Assembly (NCBI GenBank): GCA_963765205.1
Contig: CAVXVB010000005.1
Coordinates: 160,001 to 224,000, forward strand
DNA: 64,000 bases
Reading direction: 5' to 3'
Source: an uncultured Verrucomicrobiae bacterium
Lineage (GTDB): Bacteria > Verrucomicrobiota > Verrucomicrobiia > Opitutales > JABDGR01
Shown: piece by piece, positions 9,202 through 18,975 of the stretch
Position numbering within the stretch: the first letter of the stretch is position 1
How the letters are laid out: every line of letters begins with the position of its first letter
The notes under the pieces: model-generated
What the model was told of the DNA's origin: nothing
What the model saw: the letters and a program-made list of their open reading frames with translations, nothing else
The model's database searches: none
Made by a program: the position numbers and the translations under genes

Positions 9202-10320
9202 TTATACAGGATCGAACAACCCGCACGCCGCCGGCTCGGCCTCAATCGCTTCCTCGCGGTTCGGGCGGGCGACGAGGCCGGGGTAGGGTTCCTCGGGATA
9301 GGGCTGGTCGGCGCGGCCGTGCTCGATCATATGCCGGTCGCACACTTGCATCAAGGCCGTCATACCCTCGGCCCGGCGCATTTCGTAGAGAAATTTTCCT
9401 TCCGCATCCACGGATTGGCCGACGAAATTCAAAAACTTCTTCAAGCGGCTGCCCTGCACGCGGTCGGGGATATCGGGCGTAGCCGTCGAGAGGCGCAGGT
9501 CATCAACATAGCCGCGCGCGTCGCCGAGCGTCGGCTGGAACGCTGGCCGCCCGGCGTCGGCGTCGCGGATTTGCCGGAAAATCCACGGGTTACGGATGGC
9601 TGAGCGCCCGATCATCAGGCCCGCCGCGCCCGTTTCCGCCAGCACCCGGCGCGCCTTGGCCGCCGAGGTCACGTTGCCGTTAGCCAGCACGGGGCAGCGC
9701 GCGCGCCGCACCGCGTGGGCAATCCAGTCGTAATGCACTTCCGCGCGATACATCTCCTTCACGGTCCGCCCATGCACGCTGAGCAAATCCACGCCATGCC
9801 GGTTCACGCTGTCGAGCAGTTGGTCGAAAAAATCCGTCGTCTCAAACCCAATGCGCATCTTCACGGTGAAGCGGCCGGGACATTCCGCGCGCAGGAGGGC
9901 GAGAATTTCATCCACGCGCGCCGGGTCGCGCAGCAAGCCGCCGCCGACGTTTTTGCGGTAAACTTTCGGCGCGGGGCAGCCGAGGTTCAGATCCACGCCG
10001 GCGATGGGATGCTTCGCCAGTTCGCGCGCAGTGCGGGCGAGGTCGGGCAAACTTTCGCCGATGAGTTGCGCGAACACGGGCCGCCCCGTGTCGTTTTCGG
10101 TGACGCTCGACAAAATGTGCGGTTCGAGGCGCGAAGTCTCATGCACGCGGAAGTATTCCGTGAAAAACCAGTCCGGTGCGCCCCGCCGCGCGACGGCGCG
10201 CATGAAGGGCAGCGTCGTGACATCCTGCATCGGCGCGAGCGCCGTCGCCGGCCGCCCGGCCTCGAGCAAGGGCGGGAGCGGGCACAAAGAAGAGGTAACC
10301 ACGGAGAACACGGAGAACAC
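9202..10320 (-). CDS. dus: tRNA-dihydrouridine synthase family protein
   Basis: ALAPMQ, VDLNLGCPAPKV, GGGLL, VHGRT, ANGNV, MIGR; start uncertain. Confidence 0.92.
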   Translation of the reverse strand: MFSVFSVVTSSLCPLPPLLEAGRPATALAPMQDVTTLPFMRAVARRGAPDWFFTEYFRVHETSRLEPHILSSVTENDTGRPVFAQLIGESLPDLARTARELAKHPIAGVDLNLGCPAPKVYRKNVGGGLLRDPARVDEILALLRAECPGRFTVKMRIGFETTDFFDQLLDSVNRHGVDLLSVHGRTVKEMYRAEVHYDWIAHAVRRARCPVLANGNVTSAAKARRVLAETGAAGLMIGRSAIRNPWIFRQIRDADAGRPAFQPTLGDARGYVDDLRLSTATPDIPDRVQGSRLKKFLNFVGQSVDAEGKFLYEMRRAEGMTALMQVCDRHMIEHGRADQPYPEEPYPGLVARPNREEAIEAEPAACGLFDPV

Positions 10321-10394
10321 AGAGGGTGAAAATGAAAAATTGAAAATTAGGGGAAACGGCTTCTCCGTGATCTCTGTGTCCTCCGTGGTTACCT
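10293..10394. repeat. Inverted array of 9-mers (CACGGAGAA)n / (TCTCCGTG)n
   Basis: aggtaaccacggagaacacggagaacacagag ... ctccgtgatctctgtgtcctccgtggttacct. Confidence 0.85.
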
Positions 10395-10399
10395 TCAGT

Positions 10400-10843
10400 T
10401 TAATTCTCCTGCTTCAAAATCCGCTCCAAAATCTCCGTCATGTCCTCGACGGTGTCGAGGACTTTGCGGGCGGCGAAGATGGGCTTTTTGGCCTGGAGCG
10501 CCAATACCATCGAGTCGCTCGGCCGCGCGTCCACCTCGATGATTTTTTTGCCCAGCTCGTTCTGCATTTGCAAAATGATGCGCGCGAAGAATGTCCCCGC
10601 GTCCACGTCGTTGATGATGACGCGCTCGACCGTCACGCCCAGCGCGCCGAAGATGTGCCCGATGAGGTCGTGGGTCAGCGGGCGCTCTTTTTTCACGTCG
10701 TTGAGCGTCATCTGGATCGCGTTGCCGATGGACTGGTCCACATAGATGACGAAAGTCTTCTGCTTGCCGCCCAGGAAAATGGCGCAGCCGTTGGACGTGG
10801 GCATCACGCCCCGGATCGTCACTTCCTCGACATCGTTCTTCAT
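10400..10843 (-). CDS. Bifunctional nuclease (DUF151) family protein
   Basis: RPLTHDL, FFARI, DARPSDS motifs. Confidence 0.93.
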   Translation of the reverse strand: MKNDVEEVTIRGVMPTSNGCAIFLGGKQKTFVIYVDQSIGNAIQMTLNDVKKERPLTHDLIGHIFGALGVTVERVIINDVDAGTFFARIILQMQNELGKKIIEVDARPSDSMVLALQAKKPIFAARKVLDTVEDMTEILERILKQEN

Positions 10844-10943
10844 GCCCGCATTATCGCCCCGAACGGCCCAAACCGCAAGCGCGCAAGTGAACGGCGCGCG
10901 TTTTCGAGGTTGGCAGTGGGAAGCAGGCCGCTAACATCGCACC

Positions 10944-11818
10944 ATGTCCTCACCCGTGGTCGTCTCCACCTGGCCGCATGGCTTGGCCGCCAACGAGGCC
11001 GCATGGAAAATTCTGGCCGCCGGAGGCCGGGCGCTGGATGCGGTCGAGCAGGGTGCGCGCGTCGTCGAGCTGGACCCGCGGTCAACAACGTCGGCTACGG
11101 TGGCCTGCCCGACCGTGACGGCGAGGTCACCCTTGATGCCTGCATCATGGATGAGTGCGGGAACTGTGGAGCGGTGGCGTGTTTGCGGCACGTCAAGAAT
11201 CCCGTTTCCGTCGCGCGGCTGGTCATGGAAAAAACGCCCCACGTCCTGTTGGTCGGGGAGGGTGCGGAGCAATTCGCGCTCGCCCACGGGTTCAAAAATG
11301 AAAACCTGTTAACCCCCGAGGCCCGGGCGGCCTGGAAAAAATGGCGTCGGGAAAACAACGCACCCCCGGAAAAAATAGACGCAAAAAACCACGACACCAT
11401 CGGCCTGCTGGCGCTGGATCGCCGTGGCAGCCTCGCCGGCGCCTGCACGACCAGCGGCACGGCGTGGAAATATCCGGGCCGCGTCGGTGATTCGCCGATT
11501 ATTGGCGCGGGCCTCTTTGTGGACAACGAAATCGGCGGCGCGGCGGCGACGGGCCGGGGCGAGGCGGTGCAAAAAATCGCCGGTTCAATGGTGGTGGTCG
11601 AGGCCATGCGCCACGGCCTCAGTCCGCAGGAGGCCTGCCGCGAAGCAGTCCACCGGATCATGAAAAAACAAGTTGACCACAAAACCTTCCAGGTGGGCTT
11701 GATCGCGCTAAACAAAAAAGGCGAATTCGGCGCGTGCAGCCTCCAGCGGGGCTTTGAGTATGCCGTGTGCGCGCGCGGAAAAAACAAACTGCGCCCGGCG
11801 GAATATCTGGTGAAATAG
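10944..11818 (+). CDS. Glycosylasparaginase / Ntn asparaginase; 1-nt frameshift near 11078
   Basis: PVVVSTW...ALDAVEQG...ELDP in one frame; VGYGGLPDRDGEVTLDA, HDTIG, GRVGDSPIIGAG in the next. Confidence 0.88.
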
Positions 11819-11821
11819 CAG

Positions 11822-12934
11822 CTAGGCGGAGGCGGCGCCAAGCCCGCTCTCGGAATGGCGGTTGTGGCGCTGGATGAAGGCGGCAAGCGCCAGCAATCCT
11901 GTGCGCTGGTGGGGCCGCAGCGGCGCGGCCAGCAAAACTTGGCGCGATTCCTGAAAGTGCGCCGCCGTTTCCCATTTCAATTCCGCCATGACCTTGGCGG
12001 CGACGCCGTCCTGGCGCACCCGCGCCCACACTGCGGACGGGTTGCCCCGCGCCAGCTCCGCGCGCAACGCCGCAGCCTCCACCACCGGCAAGGCATCGTG
12101 GTAGCGTTTGAGAAAAAGCGTTTTGACGCCCTCGCGCAAATCGTCCGCCGGCTCGACCGCGCGATGAAAATGGGGACCGATTTCATGCAAATCGTTTTCG
12201 ATCTGGAAGGCGAGTCCCAGCGGCCGGGCAAAATCATGCAGACTCAGCAACACCGGCTCCGGCGCGCCGGCCAGGATGGCGGCGACCACCAGCGGCGCCT
12301 CAAAAGTGTAGCGCGTGGTTTTCAGGTAATACGTGTTGCGAATGTCCTCCTCCGTCACGGCTTCGAGCGGGCGGCGCAGCAGCGCCAGTTCGAGCGCCTC
12401 GCCCAGGCCGGTGTCTTGCGCGATGGTGGAAAAGTAGCGCAGCGCCGCCGCGCCCCGCCCGGGGTCGAGGTCCGGCAGCAGGAAGTTTTCCACGGCAAAA
12501 CCGAACAAAATGTCGCCGAGCACGAGCGCCAGATTCTCGCCGCGCCGGTCACCCGCTTCCCCCGCCAATCGGCGATGGAGCGTGGGCTGGCCGCGCCGGG
12601 TGCGCGAGCCGTCAATGATGTCGTCGTGCGCGAGTGCAAAGGAGTGAAAGAATTCCAGCGCGCACGCGGCGCGAAAAATCGCCGGCGATGGCTCCGCCTC
12701 CTCCGCGCCAAGCAATTTATAAGTGGACAGGAAAAGAAGGGGTCGCAGGCGTTTGCCTTCCGTGGTCAAAAATCCCTGGAGTGCCGTCCACGCGGGTAGC
12801 AAGCCCGGTCGCGCGGCGAATTTCCCCTGCAACTCGCGCAGCGCGTCCGCGTAATGCGCGTGGAACGCCCCCCGCCACGCGGCCAGGTCGCCGACGAGTG
12901 ATTCTGAGGATTCGGCGATGCGAGGCGAAGGCAT
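11822..12934 (-). CDS. Polyprenyl diphosphate synthase family protein
   Basis: GKRLRP, LEFFHSFALAHDDIID, RRGQPTLH, LKTTRY. Confidence 0.9.
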   Translation of the reverse strand: MPSPRIAESSESLVGDLAAWRGAFHAHYADALRELQGKFAARPGLLPAWTALQGFLTTEGKRLRPLLFLSTYKLLGAEEAEPSPAIFRAACALEFFHSFALAHDDIIDGSRTRRGQPTLHRRLAGEAGDRRGENLALVLGDILFGFAVENFLLPDLDPGRGAAALRYFSTIAQDTGLGEALELALLRRPLEAVTEEDIRNTYYLKTTRYTFEAPLVVAAILAGAPEPVLLSLHDFARPLGLAFQIENDLHEIGPHFHRAVEPADDLREGVKTLFLKRYHDALPVVEAAALRAELARGNPSAVWARVRQDGVAAKVMAELKWETAAHFQESRQVLLAAPLRPHQRTGLLALAAFIQRHNRHSESGLGAASA

Positions 12935-13098
12935 GGAAAAGGTTGGCGGTCGGAGGGGTCAAAGATGCGGGAAGAGCAAAATGTTGTCCACCTGAAACCG
13001 CCCCGCGCCGGTGACAGACACCGACAATTGGCAAAGCAAGTTTTGGGCCGAAATGGGCCGGGCTTGCGCGCCGGAGGGCGGCCCTCTAATCTCTCCGC

Positions 13099-13654
13099 GT
13101 GCCTCCTCCCGATTCTCCATCCCCTCCGCCCAACCTTTACCTCGCCGGTTTCATGGGCACCGGCAAATCTGCGCTCGGCCGCAAACTGGCCGAGCTGAAG
13201 AACCTGCGTTTCATTGATTTCGGACGACCTTATCGCGCGCGGCGCGGGCAAGCCCATCGCCCAGATTTTCGCCGACGAAGGCGAGGAGGAGTTCCGCCGG
13301 ATGGAGCGCGAGTTCATTGAGCGGGGCCACCCCGGGCGCGGCTGCGTTGTGGCGCTCGGCGGCGGGTTGGTGGCGCAGCCGGGGATGATCGAGGCGCTGC
13401 GCGCCCGCGGTGTCCTCGTCTGCCTCATCGCTTCACCCGAGACGATTCTCCAGCGCACGCGCGGCAACCCCGCGCGCCCGTTACTCAACGTGCCCGACCC
13501 CGCCGCGCGCATCAGCGCGCTGCTTGCCGAACGCGAACCCTACTACCAGCGCGCCGGCACTTGCATCATGACGGACGGCCGTTCGCTCGGCGACCTCCTT
13601 GCGCACCTTGACCGCATTTACCGCCGCGAGGCGCGGAATTATCCGGCCAAGTGA
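13099..13654 (+). CDS. aroK: Shikimate kinase; 1-nt frameshift near 13219
   Basis: GFMGTGKS P-loop, then IF..EGEEEFRRME, ALGGG, RPLL, REPYY in the shifted frame. Confidence 0.9.
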
Positions 13655-13663
13655 ATTAAGAAT

Positions 13664-13733
13664 TCAGAAGTTTGGAGTCAGAAGTTTGGAGTCAGAAGTT
13701 TGGAGTCAGAAGTTTGGAGTCAGAAGTTTGGAG
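13664..13733. repeat. Tandem repeat, 5 exact copies of TCAGAAGTTTGGAG
   Basis: Direct reading; a double 7-mer unit, with an AT-rich partial mirror at 13775-13812. Confidence 0.95.
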
Positions 13734-13812
13734 AACACGCCCGTCGAAATTTTGCCGTTGAACGAGCAACGGGAAATTCAACTTTTTAATTCTTAATTTT
13801 CCCTTTTTAATT

Positions 13813-15906
13813 TCAACTCCGCCCCTCCAAGCCGACCCGCTCTACGATGCGGAGAAATTCGTCCCGCGCGAACGGTTTGGCGATGAAGGCTTCCATTCCC
13901 GCAGCCTGGTAGCGATCCGCCTCTTCCTTCATGGCGCGGGCCGTGAGCGCCACAATGGGTGTTTGCCGTTGCCCCAGACTCTGCTGCAGCTTTCGAATCC
14001 TGGCGGAAGCTTCCACTCCATCCATGTCCGGCATTTGAATGTCCATGAGGATCACATCGAAGGTGGAACCATTCACGGCTGCGACTGCTTCCATGCCATT
14101 GCCGGCCAGCACGACCTCGTGCCCGCGCTGGGTCAGGAAGGTGCGCCCCACCAACTGGTTGGTTGGATTATCCTCCACCAGGAGCAAGCGCAACGGTCGC
14201 AACACCTTTCCGAGCGGCGCTTGATTGGGCGCGGGCTTCGGGGTAAATTGGCTGAGAATCGTGAGAATGGTGTTCAGTAGGTCGGCCTGGCAGACTGGCT
14301 TGTTCAGCACGCCGGCGATCCCCAGTTCGCGCGCGTGTTCCAAGGCCTGGGGTTGGGCGGCGGAGGATAGCATGATCACCGTGGGCAGTCTTGCGGGCCG
14401 CCGGCGCAGCAGTTCTTCCATCATCATGAAGCCGTCCATTTCCGGCATCATGGCATCCAGCAGCACCAGGCCAAAGGGGGTGCCCAATTGGCTGGCCCAC
14501 TCGAGTTCGTGCAGCGCCTGGTGGCCGCCATTCACCGCCACCGTCAGCAGACCCCACTGCCGGGTCATTTCCTCCAGCACCCGGCGGTTGGTGTGATTAT
14601 CGTCCACCACCAGCGTGCGCAGCCCCCTTAATCTTTCCATGTGGGCGGGCGTGACGGGCAGGGTAGGGCTGGCGCCCCGCCCAAACCGGACGGTAAACTC
14701 GAAACGGCTGCCCCGGCCGGGTTCGCTTTCAACTTTCAGCCGGCCGCCCATCTGTTCAACAATGCCGGAGGAAATCGCCAGCCCCAGCCCCGTCCCGCCA
14801 AAGCGCCGGGTCGTCGAGCCGTCCGCCTGTACGAAGGGCGAAAATATGGCGCTTTGCTGATCCGCCGGGATCCCGATGCCCGTATCGGCCACCCCGAATC
14901 GAAGCTGGACGTGCCCGTTCTGTTGCAGCGGGGACCGCACTTCGAGGGTGATTTCCCCCTTTTGGGTGAATTTAATGGCATTGCCGAGGAGGTTGACGAG
15001 CACTTGCCGCAGCCGCACGGGATCGCCCACCAATTCATCGGGCACGGAAGCCGGCAGATCGGCGACCAGCTCGAGCGACTTCTGACCGACCTGTATGCCG
15101 AAGGGTTTGATGATTTCCGCCACCAGTTCGCGCAAGCTGAAGGTGATGTGCTCCAATTGGATCTTCCCGGCCTCGATTTTGGAAAAATCCAGGATGTCAT
15201 TGATGATGCCCATCAGGGAATTGGCCGATTGCCGCACCAGGGCCAGATAGTTCCGCTGCTCGGTGGTCAGCTCGGTGTCGAGCACGAGCTCCGTCATGCC
15301 CATGATGCCGTTCATTGGCGTGCGGATTTCATGGCTCATGTTGGCCATGAACTCGCCTTTGACCCGGTTGGCCGTGTCCGCTTCGCGCTTGGCGGCGAGG
15401 AGGGCTTTTTCCGTTTCCTGGCGCGCGGTGATTTCTGCGGCCAACTGCCGGTTGCGCAGCGCAAATACCTGGCTCGATGCCAGCAGGAGCGCGGGAAACC
15501 CCACCATGCGTATGGTGCCCGCCGCCGCATTTTCCACCAAGAATGGCTCGTAGATTTCCTCGCTCGCCCGTGCCAGGCAATGTGCAATGGCATCCTGAAT
15601 GGGGCATTCCGCCGGCAACACCAGCATTGGCGCATGCGTGACGCACTCAAGGAGCGCCTCGATGGGGCGCACAGTGAAACGCTCCAAGCCATAGGGCCGG
15701 CTCATCACGCGTAAAAACGAGGCTTGCGAGAGCGTGTTGACGCGGGTCGCCCCCTTCATGATGATAACGCCGGGAACATCCGGGTAATTTTTGAAATACC
15801 GGCTGATGACGGCACCCCGGGTCTCGAGGTCGAACGCCGCGTCCGCATATGGCAGCTCTCCAACTTGGGTTACGGCGCTAAAGTCATGGCTGATTTGCGT
15901 CGTCAT
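13813..15906 (-). CDS. Hybrid sensor histidine kinase with two receiver domains
   Basis: [16 protein letters not shown]-box, NAIKFT, DTGIG, GGTGLGL, two REC domains (LVVDDN, LLVEDN). Confidence 0.95.
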   Translation of the reverse strand: MTTQISHDFSAVTQVGELPYADAAFDLETRGAVISRYFKNYPDVPGVIIMKGATRVNTLSQASFLRVMSRPYGLERFTVRPIEALLECVTHAPMLVLPAECPIQDAIAHCLARASEEIYEPFLVENAAAGTIRMVGFPALLLASSQVFALRNRQLAAEITARQETEKALLAAKREADTANRVKGEFMANMSHEIRTPMNGIMGMTELVLDTELTTEQRNYLALVRQSANSLMGIINDILDFSKIEAGKIQLEHITFSLRELVAEIIKPFGIQVGQKSLELVADLPASVPDELVGDPVRLRQVLVNLLGNAIKFTQKGEITLEVRSPLQQNGHVQLRFGVADTGIGIPADQQSAIFSPFVQADGSTTRRFGGTGLGLAISSGIVEQMGGRLKVESEPGRGSRFEFTVRFGRGASPTLPVTPAHMERLRGLRTLVVDDNHTNRRVLEEMTRQWGLLTVAVNGGHQALHELEWASQLGTPFGLVLLDAMMPEMDGFMMMEELLRRRPARLPTVIMLSSAAQPQALEHARELGIAGVLNKPVCQADLLNTILTILSQFTPKPAPNQAPLGKVLRPLRLLLVEDNPTNQLVGRTFLTQRGHEVVLAGNGMEAVAAVNGSTFDVILMDIQMPDMDGVEASARIRKLQQSLGQRQTPIVALTARAMKEEADRYQAAGMEAFIAKPFARDEFLRIVERVGLEGRS

Positions 15907-16010
15907 GGAACCAACCAACATACCCTAAAATTGTCGCCGCATAATTGGAGTTGGGTTACATTAGGGTGACAGCGGCTCCGGGCGGACAATGATAGCCACT
16001 AGCCCTAGGG

Positions 16011-16426
16011 TCATTTCCCCATTTTTTTATTGAAAAACGCACGCATTTTTTCCAACACATCCGCCGGGGGTCGGACTGGCTCGCCTTGAAAATTCACGAA
16101 CGCGTGCGTGGTGTGCCCGGTCAGGCACAGTTCGCCCGAGCGGCGCAATTCGTAGTCAATGCGCAGGCGCGCAGTCGGGCGTTCGCGCACGAGGGTGAGC
16201 AATTCGAGCCGGTCGTCAAAATACGTCGGAAGCAAAAAATTGGCGTGGGCCTCGAGCACCGGCAGCCGGTAGCCGCGCTCCTCGAGGCGCGGTAGGGCAG
16301 GCCCAGCTCGTCCATTATCTGCACGCGCCCCACCTCGAACCAGGTGAAGTAATTTCCATGGTAGGTGAAGCCCATCATGTCGGTCTCCGCGTAGCGCACG
16401 CGAATCACACTGGTTGAAGTGATCAT
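16011..16426 (-). CDS. Acyl-CoA thioesterase (YbgC/4HBT family); 1-nt frameshift near 16286
   Basis: IRVRYAETDMMGFTYHGNYFTWFEVGR continuing as LEERGYRLPVLEAH in the shifted frame. Confidence 0.88.
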
Positions 16427-16436
16427 GGGCAGAATA

Positions 16437-16630
16437 TAGAATGGAAAAGGGAGGATGGAAAATGGAAAAAACGAGAAAGCAGAGTGCTGGATTTTCGGCC
16501 AAACCCGGAAATCGGTCATTTGCGGTGGGCACTTGGCTTGCGGCACTCAGAATTCAGCAATCAGCATTCAGGAATTTCATCCTTCATCCCTCATCCTTTT
16601 TCCATTTTCCATCCTCCCTTTTCCATTCTA
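16437..16630. repeat. Perfect 34-bp inverted repeat built of 7-mers, with nested 7-mer arrays
   Basis: 16437-16470 tagaatggaaaagggaggatggaaaatggaaaaa is the exact reverse complement of 16597-16630; inner actcagaattcagcaatcagcattc and ttcatcc repeats. Confidence 0.9.
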
Positions 16631-16640
16631 CACTTCCGCC

Positions 16641-17255
16641 ATGTCCCTCACCACGTCGCAGCGCTTCGGCGCGTATTTCATCGGCTTCGGCCTCGGCTGC
16701 GTGCTCGTGTCCATCTACCTCAGCGTGCGCGGGCTGCCCCATCCGCCCGAACCGCCCCCGCCCGGCGTCATCCGCCGCGAGGTGCCCGGCGCGCTTGCGC
16801 AAATGATGCTCAGCGGCACACCCATTGACGGCGATTTCGTCCTCTCCCATGACGACAGCCGGACGCTGGCCGCCCCCGCCGCGGGCCGCTTCACCCGTGC
16901 CCTCGTGGTTGCCGGCCTCGACCCCGGTGCCTTCATCCGTGTCGAGGAGCAATCCCTTGTCACGGATCCCGACAAGGTCGTGGACTGGAAATTCATGTTT
17001 GCCGACCACGCCCGCGCCCAACTCAAGCCCGGCGCCGACACCCGCGCGCTGGCCGACGCCATGAAGCCACTCGGCTGGCGCTTTGCCGGCGACAAGGACA
17101 AAGACGGCTGGGCCACGATTTTATTGAGCGGCCACTCTGTCAAAAGCCTGCCGCAAGCCCTCGCGCAATTGCAGGCCTGGCCGCAATGGGTCGCCGCCGC
17201 CGCGCCGGATTACCTGCCCGCCCCGTCTCTGATGGCGGGAACGCGTGGTCCATAA
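16641..17255 (+). CDS. Membrane-anchored hypothetical protein
   Basis: N-terminal TM RFGAYFIGFGLGCVLVSIYL; host-like codon usage. Confidence 0.75.
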   Translation: MSLTTSQRFGAYFIGFGLGCVLVSIYLSVRGLPHPPEPPPPGVIRREVPGALAQMMLSGTPIDGDFVLSHDDSRTLAAPAAGRFTRALVVAGLDPGAFIRVEEQSLVTDPDKVVDWKFMFADHARAQLKPGADTRALADAMKPLGWRFAGDKDKDGWATILLSGHSVKSLPQALAQLQAWPQWVAAAAPDYLPAPSLMAGTRGP

Positions 17256-17284
17256 CTGATGGCGAGCTGGCTATGGCTCCCTGT

Positions 17285-18157
17285 CTAATACCCAATCAAC
17301 TGAATATGCGCCGCCTTGGCTTCGGCGAGCACCGCGTCTTTTTCCAAAATCAGCGTCGCGCCGGCTTCGAGCGCCGCGGCGGAGATTTTCGCCTCGCGCA
17401 GCACCGCCAGCGTCCCGCGGCCAAACACCGGCACGTCGAAACGGAAATCCTGCTGGGGCTTGGCGGTTTTGACAAAGAGCGGCTCCTTCGCGCCGAACTC
17501 GCCCGCGCGCCGCAGCATCGGGTCCGTGCCTTCAAAGGCTTCGACGGCCAGCACCGTCCCGCCGCTGACGACGACGCCCTGCCCAATGTCGAGTTTCGCG
17601 ATGTCGCGCGCGAGGCGCACGCCAAAGTCGAGCGTCTCCTGCGTTACGCGTGATTTTCCACCCGTCATCACGCCGGTCTCGGCGAGTTCGTGGTCGAGGA
17701 AGGCGCGGGCGTCCAGCAGCGGGATGCCGAGGAGTTCGATTTCGCGCGCCAGCGCCCCAAAGATGCTCGCGGCGTTGCGTTCCTTGAGCGTGGCGAGAAT
17801 GGTGATGGCCTTCAAATCCGGGTGCAGGCCGTCGAAGAGGCGGCGCGGGCGGATTTGCCCGGCCATGATCGCCGCGCCGGCCTCAAGGTGGCGCAGCGCC
17901 TTGAGCATGTGCCCCACCTGGCCGACTTTGATGATTTCGCGCTCGCCGGCGGGAAAGGAGTCCACTAGTTCCGGCGCAGTCTCGTCGTGAAAGGCGATGA
18001 GCCGCGCCGCCACGCCCGCCGCCCGCAGCGCGCGCGCCGTCAGTTGCGGATACAGGCCGCGCCCGGCAATGATCGCGACGGGCCGGCCCGCATCAAAATG
18101 CTTCGGCAAAAACCGCGAGCGCACGGGCGCGGCGGCGCTGGAGGCGGGGGTTTTCAC
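17285..18157 (-). CDS. lpxI: UDP-2,3-diacylglucosamine pyrophosphatase LpxI
   Basis: IIAGRG, DIGQGVVV, AVEAFEGTD, KPQQDFRFDVP. Confidence 0.92.
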   Translation of the reverse strand: MKTPASSAAAPVRSRFLPKHFDAGRPVAIIAGRGLYPQLTARALRAAGVAARLIAFHDETAPELVDSFPAGEREIIKVGQVGHMLKALRHLEAGAAIMAGQIRPRRLFDGLHPDLKAITILATLKERNAASIFGALAREIELLGIPLLDARAFLDHELAETGVMTGGKSRVTQETLDFGVRLARDIAKLDIGQGVVVSGGTVLAVEAFEGTDPMLRRAGEFGAKEPLFVKTAKPQQDFRFDVPVFGRGTLAVLREAKISAAALEAGATLILEKDAVLAEAKAAHIQLIGY

Positions 18158-18975
18158 CGGTAGCGCGGGTCGTCGGCGGAGATTTGCTCCGTGAAGGATT
18201 GGGGCACGCGCTGGGCCGCGACGAGGTTGGGGCCGACGCTGGTAAAAGTGAAGCGCAGACCCACGCTCGTCGCCGTGGCCAGCCACGCGCCGAAATGGTC
18301 GTGGTCGTCAGTGGTGATCGTGGTGAGTTGCAGCGGGTAGGGCGCATGGAGGTTCTGGCGCGTGAGCGTGGCGGTTTGACCCGCCAGCACCGTGTCGTGA
18401 AAGCCCGTCTCCGGCACGGTCACATCCACCGTGCCGTCGAACAAAGTAAGCGCGAGGCTGTCCTTATCCGCATGCACGACGAAGGAAGGCGAATGAAAAC
18501 TCAGTTGCGCCAGCGGTGTGGTGAGCGTGAAGTTTGAGGTGGGCACCGGCTGGCGGCCGGAAACCGCCAGCGTGCCTTGCGCCAGCGTGAGCCGCAAACT
18601 GCTGCGCGACGGCTCATACGCGCTGTCGCGGCTGGTGTCCAAGATGGGGTCTTGCGTGAATTCGTCCAGGGTGACGCGCCCGCCGCCGGGCAGAAAAAGG
18701 GCATCGCCATTTGACAAAACAAACATCAGCGCCAACCCCGTCGGCGCATTGACGCCTTGTCCGCTGGCGGAAAAATTCTCGCCGCGCACAAGCGGGCGCG
18801 CTTTCGCGCCCGGGCCGGCGGGCAGGATGGTCGTGCCATCGCGCACGGTCTGCGCGAAGATCGCCCCCGCCCGCGGCGCGGTTGACGGCGCGACCGATGG
18901 CGCTGCGGCCGGGGCGGAATCCGCGCCGGCCGCAGCCGCCCCCATCGCTGCCAAAATTAAAAGGGTCTTGATCAT
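18154..18975 (-). CDS. Secreted FecR-like beta-domain protein
   Basis: Signal peptide; LSNG..L.L....LTLAQG...TTPLAQL...FDGTV...VLAGQ pattern; coupled to leuS and lpxI by 4-nt overlaps. Confidence 0.65.
   Translation of the reverse strand: MIKTLLILAAMGAAAAGADSAPAAAPSVAPSTAPRAGAIFAQTVRDGTTILPAGPGAKARPLVRGENFSASGQGVNAPTGLALMFVLSNGDALFLPGGGRVTLDEFTQDPILDTSRDSAYEPSRSSLRLTLAQGTLAVSGRQPVPTSNFTLTTPLAQLSFHSPSFVVHADKDSLALTLFDGTVDVTVPETGFHDTVLAGQTATLTRQNLHAPYPLQLTTITTDDHDHFGAWLATATSVGLRFTFTSVGPNLVAAQRVPQSFTEQISADDPRYR

Noticed and set aside
10004..10943. 604-aa ORF suggesting a long N-terminal fusion to asparaginase
   Set aside because: The upstream part is antisense to dus and DUF151; the real N-terminus is at 10944 in another frame.
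13664..13733. Possible CRISPR array
   Set aside because: Contiguous 14-nt units with no spacers and no cas genes; no CRISPR-like repeat-spacer pattern anywhere in the window.
13790..13812. Possible duplicate of the thioesterase 3' tail flanking the histidine kinase
   Set aside because: Similarity is limited to low-complexity T/C runs that belong to the 7-mer array.
16528..16541. Sigma54-like GGCAC-N5-TTGC site upstream of the 16641 gene
   Set aside because: Single short match lacking the leading T, inside a repeat spacer; could easily be chance.
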